This document shows, piece by piece, positions 1 through 27,859 of a stretch of 64,000 nucleotides of DNA (position 1 is the stretch's first letter; every line of letters begins with the position of its first letter). Origin of the DNA: Euglena gracilis. Its lineage: Eukaryota. The translations under genes and the position numbers were made by a program. The DNA lies in NCBI GenBank assembly GCA_039621445.1, contig CP154954.1:28861837-28925836 (forward strand), in the 5' to 3' direction. Below the pieces are notes generated by a model. The model was not told the origin of the DNA and did not search any database. It saw nothing but the letters and a program-made list of their open reading frames with translations.

Positions 1-494
1 ATTTTGATGGCCATGGAGTTACCAGGAAAGCCAGGTACGGTTAGATTGAACGTCCTTGAATTCTCTTAACGGGCCCTTTTGATGACTTGGCAACCCTGGG
101 AAGTTGGTCCAAAATACAATTTTTTTTGTTGGCAGGTGGACCCTGTTTGACAGTACCGTTTTTTTGGACCTGGGCTCAAAAAAACTGGCGTAACTCGGAC
201 TGGACGCAGAATTAGGATTAATATAGGGTTTTTAGGGTTGCTGGGACCATATGAGATATTTACCTACAAGACAACTTCCAGAAGCCCAGAAGTCATACCG
301 GAAACCTTGATTTGCACAGGCCTAGAGGGGGGGGGGGCTCCCCCTTTCCCCAGGAGTAAGCTTCGCTCTTCCCATCAAGGTTTAGAGCTCAACAGCCCAG
401 GCACGACCACTTCCACAGTTTGTTTGTATTTGCACAGTTTGCTTTTTTTCCTGGCTTTGGAAAAAGGTCAAAACGAATTTGTATAGTTTGTCTT

Positions 495-717
495 AAGTAA
501 AAAATTTTCGGAGTGCATCAGGTGGTGTCTTCATAAAATGTGCTTAAAACAGCACCACCGGAATTTAAACAGAACAGAATGCAATGGATGGTAAAAAAAA
601 TGTGCCATCCATTGCATTCTGCTCTGTTTTTTTAATTCTGGTGGTGCTGTTTTAAGCACATTTTATGCAGACACCACCTCCCAAATGGTGATCTACTCCA
701 AAAAAAATTGTATTTAG
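495..717. repeat. Foldback / long inverted repeat
   Basis: 521-591 GGTGGTGTCT...CAATGGATGG is the near reverse complement of ~605-678, with looser extension either side. Confidence 0.8.
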
Positions 718-994
718 CAAAATGAAGAAGACACATCACATAATATGTGTGCATTCTTTGAATTTAAATCAAAATTTTCGGTATTTGTGGCACAACTCAT
801 CTCGCACTTAAGCTTTTTTTGGTACCTCCCCCCCCCATGCCCAATGAACACCTTTGCCCAATGAACAGGGGGTGTTCGGACCGTCTAGATTGTCACCATA
901 TACCTTATCTACACAGAAACCGTACCCAAAGCCCAATGAACACCCCCCGTTCGGACTGTCTAGATTGTCACCTTAGTGTTCATTGGGCTTGGGG

Positions 995-1292
995 CAAGGA
1001 TTTTTTTAAGTTTGGACCCCCGGGGGGGGGGAGGGGGGGGGGAGGGGGGGGTGGTTCCGCCGCCCCCCCTCCCCCCCCGCGGGGGGGGGTACCCCCCGGA
1101 GGGGGGTGGGATATACTTTTCGGCGCCGCAGGCGCCGAAAAAATTCTATTTTAGCACTTTTCGCGATTTTTCGGCCATTTTTTGTGGGTCCCCCGGACCC
1201 CCCTCCCCCCCCCGGGGGGGCCCCCCCCCAGGGGGGTGGGTGGGTGGGGGGGGACCCCCCCCTCCCCCCCCCCGGTCTTAAAAAAACCCCTG
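995..1292. mobile_element. hAT-type MITE
   Basis: TIR CAAGGATTTTTTTAAG / CTTAAAAAAACCCCTG; 8-bp TSD GCTTGGGG (987-994, 1293-1300). Confidence 0.85.
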
Positions 1293-2992
1293 GCTTGGGG
1301 AGGGGGAGGTAGGTGTGTGCAGTTTCGCACATATCGAAAAGTTTCATTTTGGCACCGGCATTACCAGAACTTTGAGTGGGAGGAAGCACGATTTGTCAAG
1401 ATCCGAGCGAATTGAATTGTCATTTTTAGTCCTGGCACTCCTGGTAATTTGACCGATTTTGCGTGGTTGGAGGGTGTGAAACTCCCTGGAGCGAGCCCCC
1501 CAAAGTGAGAAACTGCACAAAAACCCCAGTTCACCCACCCCCCATTTCCTGCGTGACGACTGCCAACCCCAGGTGGCGTTCTGGAGGTGGGGTTGCAGGT
1601 TCACCCCTTTGCTTGCTTTCTGAAGTTTTGCGGCACGTTGTGGAGGAAGTTCACATTCAACAGATACAATGAACTCCTAGAAAGAACTCTGCCCCCGGTG
1701 GTTGATTAGGGGATACAGAAGACAGGAGGACAGCCACCAGGTGTTTGTTGAATTAGCTGGCAAGTTATCTATCAATTCCCCACTGATGCTTGAAACTCTG
1801 TGACTCCACGTAACAGCGAAAATGATGTCGGTGTGTGCATTTGCGCACACTGACCATTTTAAAACCAACCAGAGCCTTCTATGCCAGCTGTTTGGAGCTG
1901 GAAAATGAATGCGATGAATTTGTGATATTACCTCTCCTGTATTCCTATGGTGCTTGACCCCCTCTTCTGAATATGGATGGTATTTGGGTGGTTGGCGTGC
2001 GCAATTGCCCACATCAACCTTTAAAATGGTTGATTTGCTCAATTACGCAAGTGGCCAAAATTTATGAATTTCGAAGGTTTGGGGACTTCTGAGACAAGAG
2101 AAGACTGGAAACAGGAAGAGAGCAGTGTGTGGAGGTGTTGTGCTCCAAGCGGTGGTGTTGTGTGGTATGTCTGAGAAAGTCAAAAAAGCGTGTCAGGGTG
2201 TTGTATTTTCTAACCCACTTAACGCGAAGATTTTCAAGTATACTGACACATCCATGTTCAGCTAATGTACTGTGCCTCATTTTCGGATGAAAATACTGGG
2301 TGAAGGGCACTTCTAACCTCAAATTTTCAAGATGTAACCTGTAAGTGCCGTTTATTTTGATGTTTCAGAAGCCAAAAATGGTTTTTCACAGGTTGAATTG
2401 CCAATGCCCAAATTTGGGGCAAAAGGCTGGTCTTTTTGTTGTTTATTTCTTTATTCTGGATTTTCACGTTGCAGTAATGCCGCACCCTTTAAATGGCACA
2501 TGTGCGAAATTGCACAAATACTTGGTGTGCGCACGTGTGCAAACTGACCAAACAGACTGTTTGCGCATCTGCGCAAACCAACCACTTTTTCAATTTTTCA
2601 AACACACCAATTTTGGCTGCACATACAGCCCGTTTACTTATCTACACAAATGGTCGATGTGTGCAAGTGCGCATTTGCAAAAATGCGCACATCTATTTTG
2701 AATCCTCACAAAGTCAAAATTTGGGGGCATCGTTTCAGGCTGAGGCACACCTCACCAAATCTTTCCGGCAATATCCCAAGTTGATGAGGCAGCAATCAGG
2801 GGGTTCCCAAACACGCATGGTAGGTGTCATGCACCCCGTATGCTGTGGTTACACCTGCTTTTTGACACCCTACTGCAAAGTCCTCATTTCCATCTCCACG
2901 TCCTGGGGCATAACATCACACCCTGCATTTTTGGGTGTTTGGGGGTCAGGTGATGTCTTTTTTCAAAAAAATGTACATTTGGGCATTTGCCC

Positions 2993-3264
2993 CAGGCTTC
3001 TTTTTAAGTCACCTGACCCCCCCCCCCCCGGGGGGAGGGGGGCGGGTGGGGGGGTCCGGGCCGGCCCCCCCCCCCGGGGGGGGGGGGGTCCCGCGCCGGA
3101 GGCGATGGGTATACCTTTTCGGCGCAAAGCGCCGAAAATTTTTGAAAATTGCCTTTAACGGGCGCGATTTTGGGGGGGCCCCCCCCCCCCCCCCCCCGGG
3201 GGGGTCCCGCGCCACCCGGGAGGGGACCCCCCCTCCCCCGCCGGGGGTCTTAAAAAGAAGCCTG
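2993..3264. mobile_element. hAT-type MITE
   Basis: Perfect 16-bp TIR CAGGCTTCTTTTTAAG; 8-bp TSD ATTTGCCC. Confidence 0.9.
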
Positions 3265-3414
3265 ATTTGCCCACATCGACAAAGAAAAATTCTTTCAGTG
3301 TGAAATGCACCGCCTAAGATTATTTCGCGGCCAGCACTTTTCAAGCGGTTTCCCATGTTCCCACACTGTCCCCCCCCCCACCGGCCATGTGGCGGCTTTC
3401 TTTCCCCACCGCAG

Positions 3415-18704
<15,290 letters not shown>

Positions 18705-19392
18705 ACACAGATCGAGACAAGCCCCCCCCCCCCAGCAGAATGCGATACCAATGCTCGTTTTGCCATAGAAATTTGCACACATTTCACCATAAAAAATTTT
18801 ATTCTGTTATTTGATATGCAATGTCGCTTCTTTTGTCCCAAGGAGAAGAATACACGCATTCTCACCAGTTTTTTTTTCCAACCCAGCATCGCGGATGTTC
18901 TTCCCTCTTGCAAAAATTATATGCTCGATTCCTTTTTTTGCAGCCCTCGACTCCTTTTTGCATTTGCCACACCCGTGAGAAAAGTATTTCTTATTTGTCC
19001 ACAAATATGCATTGGATGAGAAATTTTTATTTATGGTGGTAAATCAAAAGAACAAAGCTCATTGTATGAAAGCATAGGCCATGTGGGGACTTTCGGGTTC
19101 TGCACGTGATTGGAATACAAAGAGCCGTGGGAGCGGAGTGTATAACAAAATGTGATTCTGATTGATGTGAATCTGCTACCACGGATTGCTGTTGCGTGCC
19201 TCTTTTTTTTTGCAAAGAACGGGAGTGCAAATGACAAACTTTCTCGACTGTGCGACATGGGCCAAATAATTCCTTCTGAGGGGTCTTTGGAACTTTCATT
19301 TTCATTAATTGGGGCCATCATGTGGCTGAATCCCAGTTAGGGGTGCCCTTCAGAATTTTGGTCTGGGGAAAATTTTTCAACCTGGGGGGAAA

Positions 19393-20255
19393 TTATTGAA
19401 TAATTGACCGGGGGTTTGCATAAAGATCGCCCATGTTGTCCAGTGGACATTGTAATGCGTTCACTGCTGTGGCTGTGGCCTCCAGTCCAGTGGGGCCACA
19501 TATCCACAAAACTGGGCAGTTTTTTGTTGCCTGGGGAGGCAAATATGTCTGCTCCAACTGCATGAAATTTTCCAAATGCTCCCTTAGCATTGAAAAAGTT
19601 GGGGGTCTAAAGGAAGAAAAATGTTGGGGGTCTAAAGAGTAATCCCCCCTGTCCATTTCCCATCTGCTCATGGGGTCTGCCAGGCATTCTTTTGAAGGTA
19701 CCAAGTTGACCTGGAGGTTTATTTGGTGCTCCAAGCTCTTTTGCATTCATGTGCAAAATATGGAGTCTTTTCTCCGAAATTCCCGCACAATTTCTCCTGT
19801 GTGGATGTCCAGCCCCCCCCCCCCCCCCAGGTGCTGCTGTCTGAGTGAAAATCTCTGGTTGCATTTTGGGGGAAGGGTATGTCCCCCCACAATTGGGCCT
19901 TGATTTCGTGAGAAATGGGGTGTTTTGAGTCCCAGGTGGCTGTGTATTTTGCCACCAGAAAATTTGCCAGGGCATCCGTAAAAAGCTTTAAAAGCGGCAG
20001 GGACATTTGATTGCACTTTATTTGACACAAAATGTTTTACAATTTTTCCCAGCCCCTTTTTTATGGTTTTGACTTTCTAGGGGGCACCTTTAACTTTCCT
20101 TCTTGGAAGTTCAGTGGAAAACCCAGATGGTTTGCCATTTGGGTGGGCTGCAGGGTGGACTTTTCACATTGATTTTGAACCCTGATTTTAGTAAAATCTC
20201 TGACGACTGTGTTCAGGTGATGTTGCAAAATGTTTTGGGTGGGGGCTACCAGCAA
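19393..20255 (-). mobile_element. DIRS retrotransposon remnant (RT C-terminus, RNase H, methyltransferase)
   Basis: HLGFPLNFQEG, VPSKECLADPMSRW..DRGDYSL, DLYANP motifs shared with the other DIRS copies. Confidence 0.75.
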
Positions 20256-20644
20256 AAATTTCTCACAGATAAATAAACCCCTGAACGCTCGTTCTTTTCC
20301 CGAGATTTTCGAATGTCATCATCACTGACATGAAAATTTCGGGCGTCGCGTTTGGCCCAAAGCAGTGCTGGAATTCTGCTCCTTCGGGTCAATTTTTGCC
20401 GCCCTGTTTCCCCCCAAGAAGAATGTGCTGGATATGATCCGGCTTGAAGCGGCTAAATTTTGAACTCAATCGCCGATGGCTTGTTCAACAAATCCCGAGC
20501 CAAGGCAGGAAAGAACGGCCTTTCTCGTTGGCTGACTCATAACTTTTCTTTCGACACCCGAGAGACAGGAGCATCGAATACCTTGTACATTGGGCGGGAA
20601 AGCGACCATTCGGGCTCCGCACTGCGAGATGGTGAGGTCCTGCT

Positions 20645-21884
20645 TTCCGACACCTCGGGCTCCGCACTTTGCCCTTGTGAGGCCATGCCTTGTTCGCCGG
20701 CGGTGTTTGGATTGTTTTGGTGCGTCGGGTTAGGAGCCCCTGCTTAGTACCTTTTTTCGCCGGAGTTGGCTGATTCCTAAATTGCCCTTCGACACCCAGA
20801 AGAAAGGAACTTCGAAGACTTCACCAATTGAGAAAAGAAGAAGTCAATCAATCGATACAAACTATCCAGAAATTCACGCGCGTGCAGAAATTCAAATCAA
20901 AAGTTGTTGACATTTCGAAAGAATTCAATGCAAGATGCAACTTCAAAGAAGCACAGCGCTGGAGAACTTCAAGGGGCAGCAGCAGCAGCAGAAGCTGGAC
21001 AACCTGACGACGCGGTTCAACTGTGGCGAGCCGTGGCTGCCCCTTCCCCAAAAGAAATTTCCCCCACAGAAATTTCCAGAACTCAAACCCCCCAAAGTGA
21101 TGGCCACGGACCCTGGCAGACAGTGGTCAGAAGACCTCGAAAGGGGCAGAAGCAACGACCAGCGGGCCACTATGGCCATTGGATCCAGGGCCATTGGGGC
21201 CAACATTATGCCAGTTACACCAACACCGTGTTCAAGCTGGGCCAGGGCGGCCACAACAGCAAGCTGGGCCAGGGCGGCCAAAACAGCAATGGCCATGGTG
21301 GCCGATGGAACAAAGGCCAGGGTGGCCAACAATACCAAGGCCAGGGTGGCCGATTCCACAAACAAATGCCCAGTGGCAGGGGCAGGACAGGTCCACAACA
21401 CCCCCCCAACCATTTCTTCATCACAAACCCCATCAGGGGAAAAGGAATGGCCCACAGAGGCCCCCCAAGATTTTCAATGGGCATGGCGCCCAAGATCAAA
21501 GAGAAGTCAATGGAGACTATCAAAATTTCCAGAGGGCCAGTGGGGCCAGAATTATCATCAAGGCCACTGGGGCCATCGAATATCAGAAGGGGAGAACCCC
21601 CAGAAGCTAAAAAGCTGTCCCCCAGCAGGGGATTTCAATATTTTATTCAAGCAGGCTCAGGAGGATGCCCCAGAAGGGGCCATGGAGGACAAGGGGGCCA
21701 CCCCCCCTCAAGTTCATTCTTCAGTGCCCATGGCAGGGGCAAGTCAAAACAAGGGGGAGACCCAAAAAGGGGCCCCTATGGTATGTCAATTGACAACACC
21801 AACAACAAAGTGGATCAGGCAATGCAAGGTCTTTGTGCTTCGCCCTCGGTGTCCCTTCCTCCCTGGTCGGTTTTCCTCGAGGGA
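20645..21884 (+). mobile_element. Internally deleted DIRS copy (left terminus, gag fragment, right terminus)
   Basis: 20650-20810 closely matches the left terminus at 63705-63867; 21832-21862 is the reverse complement of the ICR half at 63634-63662. Confidence 0.7.
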
Positions 21885-24700
21885 GTACGATTGCCGGCCG
21901 TTCTGCTCTGTGTTTGTGTGTGCGCGGGGGGTGCCTCTTACTGCTTTTTGTTGCCGGAGTGGCTGATTCCTAACTCTGCCCTTCGACCTCAAGGGAAGAA
22001 ATTTTACTTATACGAGTTTAACTGGAATTATTTTACGGTGAGTTTCCATTCAAGAAGACCAGAACTTTTATCAACTGGTGGTCAACGAACTTTTTCCGGA
22101 CCTTCAATATCCCGGAGGAAGAATTCAACTCTTCGAGTTCAACTGGAATTATTCAAAGAAGTATTGCGATTGCTAAGAAAAAGATCAACAACTGGACTTC
22201 CATGAAGAGTGAATTCCAAAGAACTTCAGACTGCCCAGGAGAACTTCAACGAACTGCCCAGAGGGCAGCAGAAGCTGGGAAAGGTGGTGACACAGCAGCT
22301 GCAGCAGAAGCTGGAGAGGCGGCGGCAGCACATCAGTCCGTGGCCATCGCAACCCCTCCACCCCCCAATTCATCAAACATTTCAAAATCCCCCACTCTAC
22401 ATGATGATGGCCATGGAACATGGACAAATGTGGTCAAGAAGGCAAGAAGACATATCACCGCAGGTTCAACAGACTCCACCTCCTTTTTTCTGCTCCCCTC
22501 CTTCCAGAGGACAAAGCAAGGGCTATGGCAGCCTTTCAAGAAATATCAGAAATCCAAGGGATTCAAGTCAAAATGAAGAATATGGCAGCCATTATTCAAC
22601 AGGGCCTGGGGCCCAGACTCAAGGCTATGGCAGCCATCATTCAAGAGGGCAGTGGGCACAGGGGCAACGCTATGGCAGCCAGCATCCCAATCTGGAAAGA
22701 TCCCACTGGGGAAAGGTATGTGCAACTTTCTCCCCAGCACCCTCAAAAACAAACTGCCCAGGGGCAGCAAGCCCATGCCAGGACAGGGGACAGAAAAAAG
22801 GCCAGAGACGTCGTCGAGAGAAGGCCAATGGAGACCAGACAGGCCTTAGGGCCAGTGGTGGCCACATGGCCCTAAAAGCCAATACAGGCCAATGCATTAA
22901 AGACCATCCACACAGGCCTTGGGGTGGAGTACCAAGATTGGCTCAGACAGGCCCCCCCAGAAGATAATCAGCCCAGCATTATATGTACCTCCCCACTACA
23001 GACACAGACCTTCCCCCATCATTCGAAAACTGGTGGAATGCCTGTGTTTGGGAAGCCCTATGGCAGGGCCAGCTGTAGCCCCAGTGATGGGGCAGCCAGA
23101 GGTGGCCCCGGTGATGAGGCAGCCAGGGGGGAGGACCCAAGTGATGGGCCTTATGGAATCCCCAGACACATTACACCCAGGGGTGCCCCCTTACAAGGCC
23201 CTGCAGGCCAGCATTTCCCATTGGGCCAAGGCAGGAGCCAGCAGAGAGGTATTAAACCTGATAAGGGAGGGGGTTTAGCAAATCTTCCCCTCCCCCCTCA
23301 GATGTCCTTAAAAGTTCCCTTCAAAGCCCCCCAGGAAGTAATGACTGCCCAGAAAGTTCTGAGAGAATACCAATGTGCAGGGGCAACCAGGCAAATCACC
23401 CCAGAGGAGGCAACAAATTTTGCCCCTTATTTTATAATTTCCAAAAAGGAAGGGGAAAAGACAAAGGAAATACTAATTTCAGATTGTCGACAGTTAAATC
23501 TTCCCTTCACCGCCCAGAAGGTCAGACTAGAACACATGGGAAATATCTTCAGATATTTAAGAAAAGGTTGGTTTTGCGGGAAAATCGATCTGAAAGATGC
23601 TTATTTTCACCTAAAGCTGCACAGCAGCTTAGAAAATTATGTTTGCATGCAAGTGGGGGGGGAAACTTGGTGTGATGTTTTCCCAAAACTTTTCCCAGAG
23701 GATTTTCTTACGAATCAAAAACGCGGATGACGTGTCTATCCCTTCTATCCCTTCCAGTGTACCTATCCCAACGATATATGTCACTCTGAAGTCGTGGACC
23801 AAAGAAAGAATCATATCAAGATCTTGTGCTTGCTGTTCCAAAGGGAAAAGGGAAAATCTCGGAGAAAAAGGACTATCGGTCGAAAGCGAGAGCGCCAGGC
23901 AGCTGTCACCTCCCTAAGGGTGTGAGCCTACAAAGTGGTAGCAGAGGAGTTCGACGCCAGCTGCCAAGAAGCTGCTGGAAGGCCCGACTGTTGCCAGCAG
24001 CCGTCCAGCACCTCTTTCGACTCGGAACAGTATCCTGAGCTCGACTACTGTGATCGCCAGCTGCAGAACGCCTGCCTACAGAAGTGCCAAGCCCAGAAAC
24101 AGCTGAATTAAGCATTTCTCCTGCGGAATTCCTCCGGACTCCTCCACAGAGCTTTTTATTGGCTTGCTGCAAGACCCGGCCCCTGGCCGTATCAAGTTCT
24201 CCTGGTCAAGACCTAGCTACTGACGTCTTGGAAGCGGCACAAGAGGCCTTGGTTCCAGAAGTCCAACTTGGAGGTGTTTTTGCCATTTGGCCGTCAGTTT
24301 GGGTATCTGGCTGACCGTCACGGCCGTCTGGTGCTGTATCACAGCTGTGGTCGACGTCTGGTCGTTTTCTTCGAAGTCAAGAGACCAAGTACTTGCTGAG
24401 AAGACCGTGGGTGAGTTTCGATCCCCACCTGGTGGTTTCGACAAGTCGGACGCTCCCATCCACTTCACCACGAGCCTACACACCTCTTTCTGTGTGCTTC
24501 GGCCCAGGTTCAACTTCGCCAAGGCTTGGTATTCAACTACTTGGAGAGGGAAACTCACCTTTGACCTCCACCTTACCGCTCCGGAAGTTTGTAATTTTCG
24601 GTGTTTTTTTGGGGCTTTTGAGACCTTCCAATCCACTTTTGCCCTGGTTTCTGAGGTTTTCCAAGGTTCTACAAGGGTTTCCAAGGGTTTTTGATCGTTT

Positions 24701-25130
24701 CCAAGTGGTTTTTGAGTGTGGACCAACTTTGGGCATTTACCCGCCATTTGGCCATTTGATCCCCATTTTGGCCATTGAGCCGGTTTGGTCCAAGCAAGTT
24801 TTTGACATTTACTTGGGTTTTTGAGGTTCCCCAAGTGTTTACAACTGTTTTTGGGCATCCCCAAGTGGTTTTCGATTGTGGACCCATTTGGCCATTTGAC
24901 CCCCAATTTGGTCATTTTACCCCCATTTGGACCATTGAGCCGGTTTCGTCCAAGCAAGTTTTCGACATTTACTTGGGTTTTGGAGGTTCCCCAAGTGTTT
25001 ACAATTGTTTTTGTGCACCCCCAAGTGGTTTTCGAGTGTGGGCTCAATTCGCCCATTTACCCCCCATTTGGCCATTTACCACCCGATTGGGACATTGAGC
25101 CGATTTTGGTTTGGACCAATTTTGCACATT
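24701..25130. repeat. 160-bp tandem repeat (~2.5 units) in the Gypsy 5' region
   Basis: CCAAGTGGTT recurs at 24701, 24861 and 25021 with conserved downstream sequence. Confidence 0.85.
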
Positions 25131-25233
25131 CACCCACCATTTGGGCATTGTTTTGCCATTTGAAGTTTGATTCAAGTGTGCACGGGTCCCCGCCAGACAT
25201 TTTTGGCCGGAAACAACCTTTTTACACACGGTT

Positions 25234-26740
25234 GTGGGTAAGTTTGACTTGGTACACGAAAAAAGATGGAGGAAACACCCCAAAAAAGTGCCGATTGAAG
25301 GATTAAGAACAAAAATGGAAGCTTTGGAAAAGGCCTATTTGGGCACCCCTTCAACACTTTCAAAGGAAAGGAGAATCTTCTCACCAAGTTCGTCTTTGGA
25401 GAAGACATTTTTGGGGTTCAAAGGCTCGGAAAGTGATCACCCCGCAACCCACAAATTGCCACCTTTGCCAACCCCCGAGTTTGATGGCAACGATTTTGAG
25501 TCATTTTTGGAGAAGTTGCAACGGTTTTTGAGATTAACCGGCCTTGAATCGGGGAGTGATCAACGAATGAAAGATTGGTTGGTCAACATGGCAAAGAACA
25601 AAGCACAAAAGATTGTGGAGTCCTTATGTGATTCCCCCCTCTCGTTCGAGGATGTGTTGTTGAGAATGGCGATGGTTTTCCCAAAGTTGGAATCGGATTT
25701 GACCATAAGAGGGGAAATCAAAAAGATTGCCTCTTTGCCTTATCAACCGGACCCCCCAACGGTGACCCTCTTTTTCCTCGACCTCGAAGAAAATTTTTCC
25801 AAGTTGACCGAAAATGCCATGAGCCCCCAAGAGAAGTTTTTGACACTCTTGGAGAAAATCAACCCCAAGACTTTTTCGGAGCTTCGTGCCCTTGCATTTT
25901 CCTTTTCCTTTGCCTTTGCTTTTTCCGTTGCCTTTTCTTTTTCCATTGGAATGGGTATCTTGGGAAACTTCATCTCTTGGCCTTTTGGGGGGTTGGTCAA
26001 GTGCCAAAATTTTCTTGTCTTTGGAGGGGGTCAAATGTTTGTCGGCCCAATCCTCTTTGACTTTCTCCTCCAACGCGGGAGAGAGTGCAAAGAAGTTTTT
26101 GGGAGGTCTTGGACCCAAGTAACCCAAAGTGGCCCCCACAAAGGAATTTCAACAAAGGTTTGGTGCAACGATTACTTGCAAGTTTTGTTCAAAGAGAGGA
26201 CATTATGAATGGAATTGTTGGGTCAAGTATCCGGAAAAGAAACCCAAGCGACAAACCAAATCTTTCCATGGGGGAGGAGATCAACCACCCAAAGGCCATG
26301 TCCCCAATGTGAGTGTTCCCCAAGGAAATGAAGAGAGTGCCCCCCACAAACGCCAAAGAGTTTGTTTGTTTGGTGGAACTCGAGTTCGGACTTTGAATGC
26401 TCAAATGTATGGCACAAATTTGAAGGCAATCATCGATTCGGGTGCAACGGTGAGTGTGATTGCAAAAAAGTTTGTGTGTCAGCAAGCTTTGAAGAAAGAA
26501 GAAGCATACCTCGTTCAAGTGGCAAATGGTGAAACGGTTTTCACTTTGGGATCCACCATTTTCACCATGAAGTTTGATGAATGTCTTTTTGAGCAAAACG
26601 ATCAAATGGATACCTCGGCCTTCGATGCGGTCCTCGGTTTTGATTTTTTGTCGGGAAACGCAAGGTGCGGTGGAATTTTGACTCAACCACCCCCCGAGAA
26701 ACTCCTTTTCGATGGCAAGCTTTTCCCACTGAAGCAAGCA
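25234..26740 (+). pseudogene. Gypsy gag (CCHC knuckle) and aspartic protease
   Basis: PTPEFDG...FLEKLQRF; CKFCSKRGHYEWNC; AIIDSGATVSVI; DAVLGFDFL. Confidence 0.85.
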
Positions 26741-26789
26741 AGGGTTGATGGAATTCAAGTTTTTCGGATGTTTCGTGCGTTTAAAAAGG

Positions 26790-27210
26790 AGTCTTACACC
26801 CTTATCGACCAAGTGAAAATGGAAGCTCCTGAGAAATTGGGTTTGAAAACGGAAGATTTTGGTGTGGATCTTTTTGCGAATTTTGCAACGCCCAAGCCAA
26901 GAAGTTTTGCACACGAAAAAAACAATGCCTTTCACTACGATTGGACTCTTTTGGGAAAGGAAGGTTTGTTATGGTGCAACCCCCCGTTCTCCCAATTGGA
27001 AAGAGTGGTGTGCAAGATCATCCGAGAACCTTGCAAAGTATGCTTGGTCACCCCGAATTGGAAAGGACCTTCATGGGAAAGATTGTAGAGCAAGATTGTC
27101 AAGAGCCAGTTTTTTGTTCTCCCCGACACACCACTTTACAAGCGTGATTGGGATGGTACCCCTTTGCCAAGTCCGCCATGGGAAACGGTTGTTTCGTACA
27201 TTGACACAAC
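26790..27210 (+). pseudogene. Dam-like DNA amino-methyltransferase domain within the Gypsy pol
   Basis: FGVDLFAN...(NAQAKKFCT, alternate frame)...NAFHYDW...LLWCNPPFSQLERVVCKI...CLVTPNW..PSW; NPPF is catalytic motif IV; in frame with the protease. Confidence 0.85.
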
Positions 27211-27859
27211 GGAAATGGAGGTTGCCCTTTAAGAATGTGATCTAATTTGTCTCAAGTGGATTTCAAAAAGAGCAAAAGGTTGGGATTCAACGAAGTTGGA
27301 TGAACAAATGAATTTTTATCCAAAATTTCAAGTTTCGATTGAAAAGGAACCTTTGATGGATGTTGCCCCTAAAACGGAGAATTCCCCCCTTTGTGCAAAA
27401 GAAATCGATTTGGTTCACGATGAAGTTCGCCCCATTGTTCCCACAAGGTTGGATTTTGACATGGCGTGGATGCAAATTTCCCCCCGGTTGGCAGAGATGA
27501 TGGCCCAATTGACCGATGAAGTGGATTTGGATTTCTTTCGGTTTGAGGACATCAAGAAAGTGCTTCGGTGTGATTCCAAGGAAGTGTGTGACCCCGATGT
27601 TTCCGAATTTTCTCTTTGGTTGCATGCCCAAGATGAAGAGAGTTCATCGGAGAATGAGAAAGTCCTTTTTGCAAAAGCGTCCGGAAAATTACCCGTTTCG
27701 AAAAAGCAAATCACGGAGATTTCCAATCTTTTGCACCAAAAAAATCGACCAAATCGAAAGAGACATTGCTTCCCAACGACCGAACCCTTTTACGTTCGAA
27801 AGTGCGAACATTCAAGGGGTTTTTGCAAAGGAACTCGAAAAGGTGAAAGCACCCCCCCG

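Noticed and set aside
1573-1586. Possible upstream micro-exon of the BRCT domain (AG|GTGGCGTTCTGGAG|GT)
   Set aside because: Too short to support without transcript data
24701-25130. Regularly spaced repeats as a CRISPR array
   Set aside because: Whole 160-bp units repeat with no unique spacers; eukaryotic context and no cas genes
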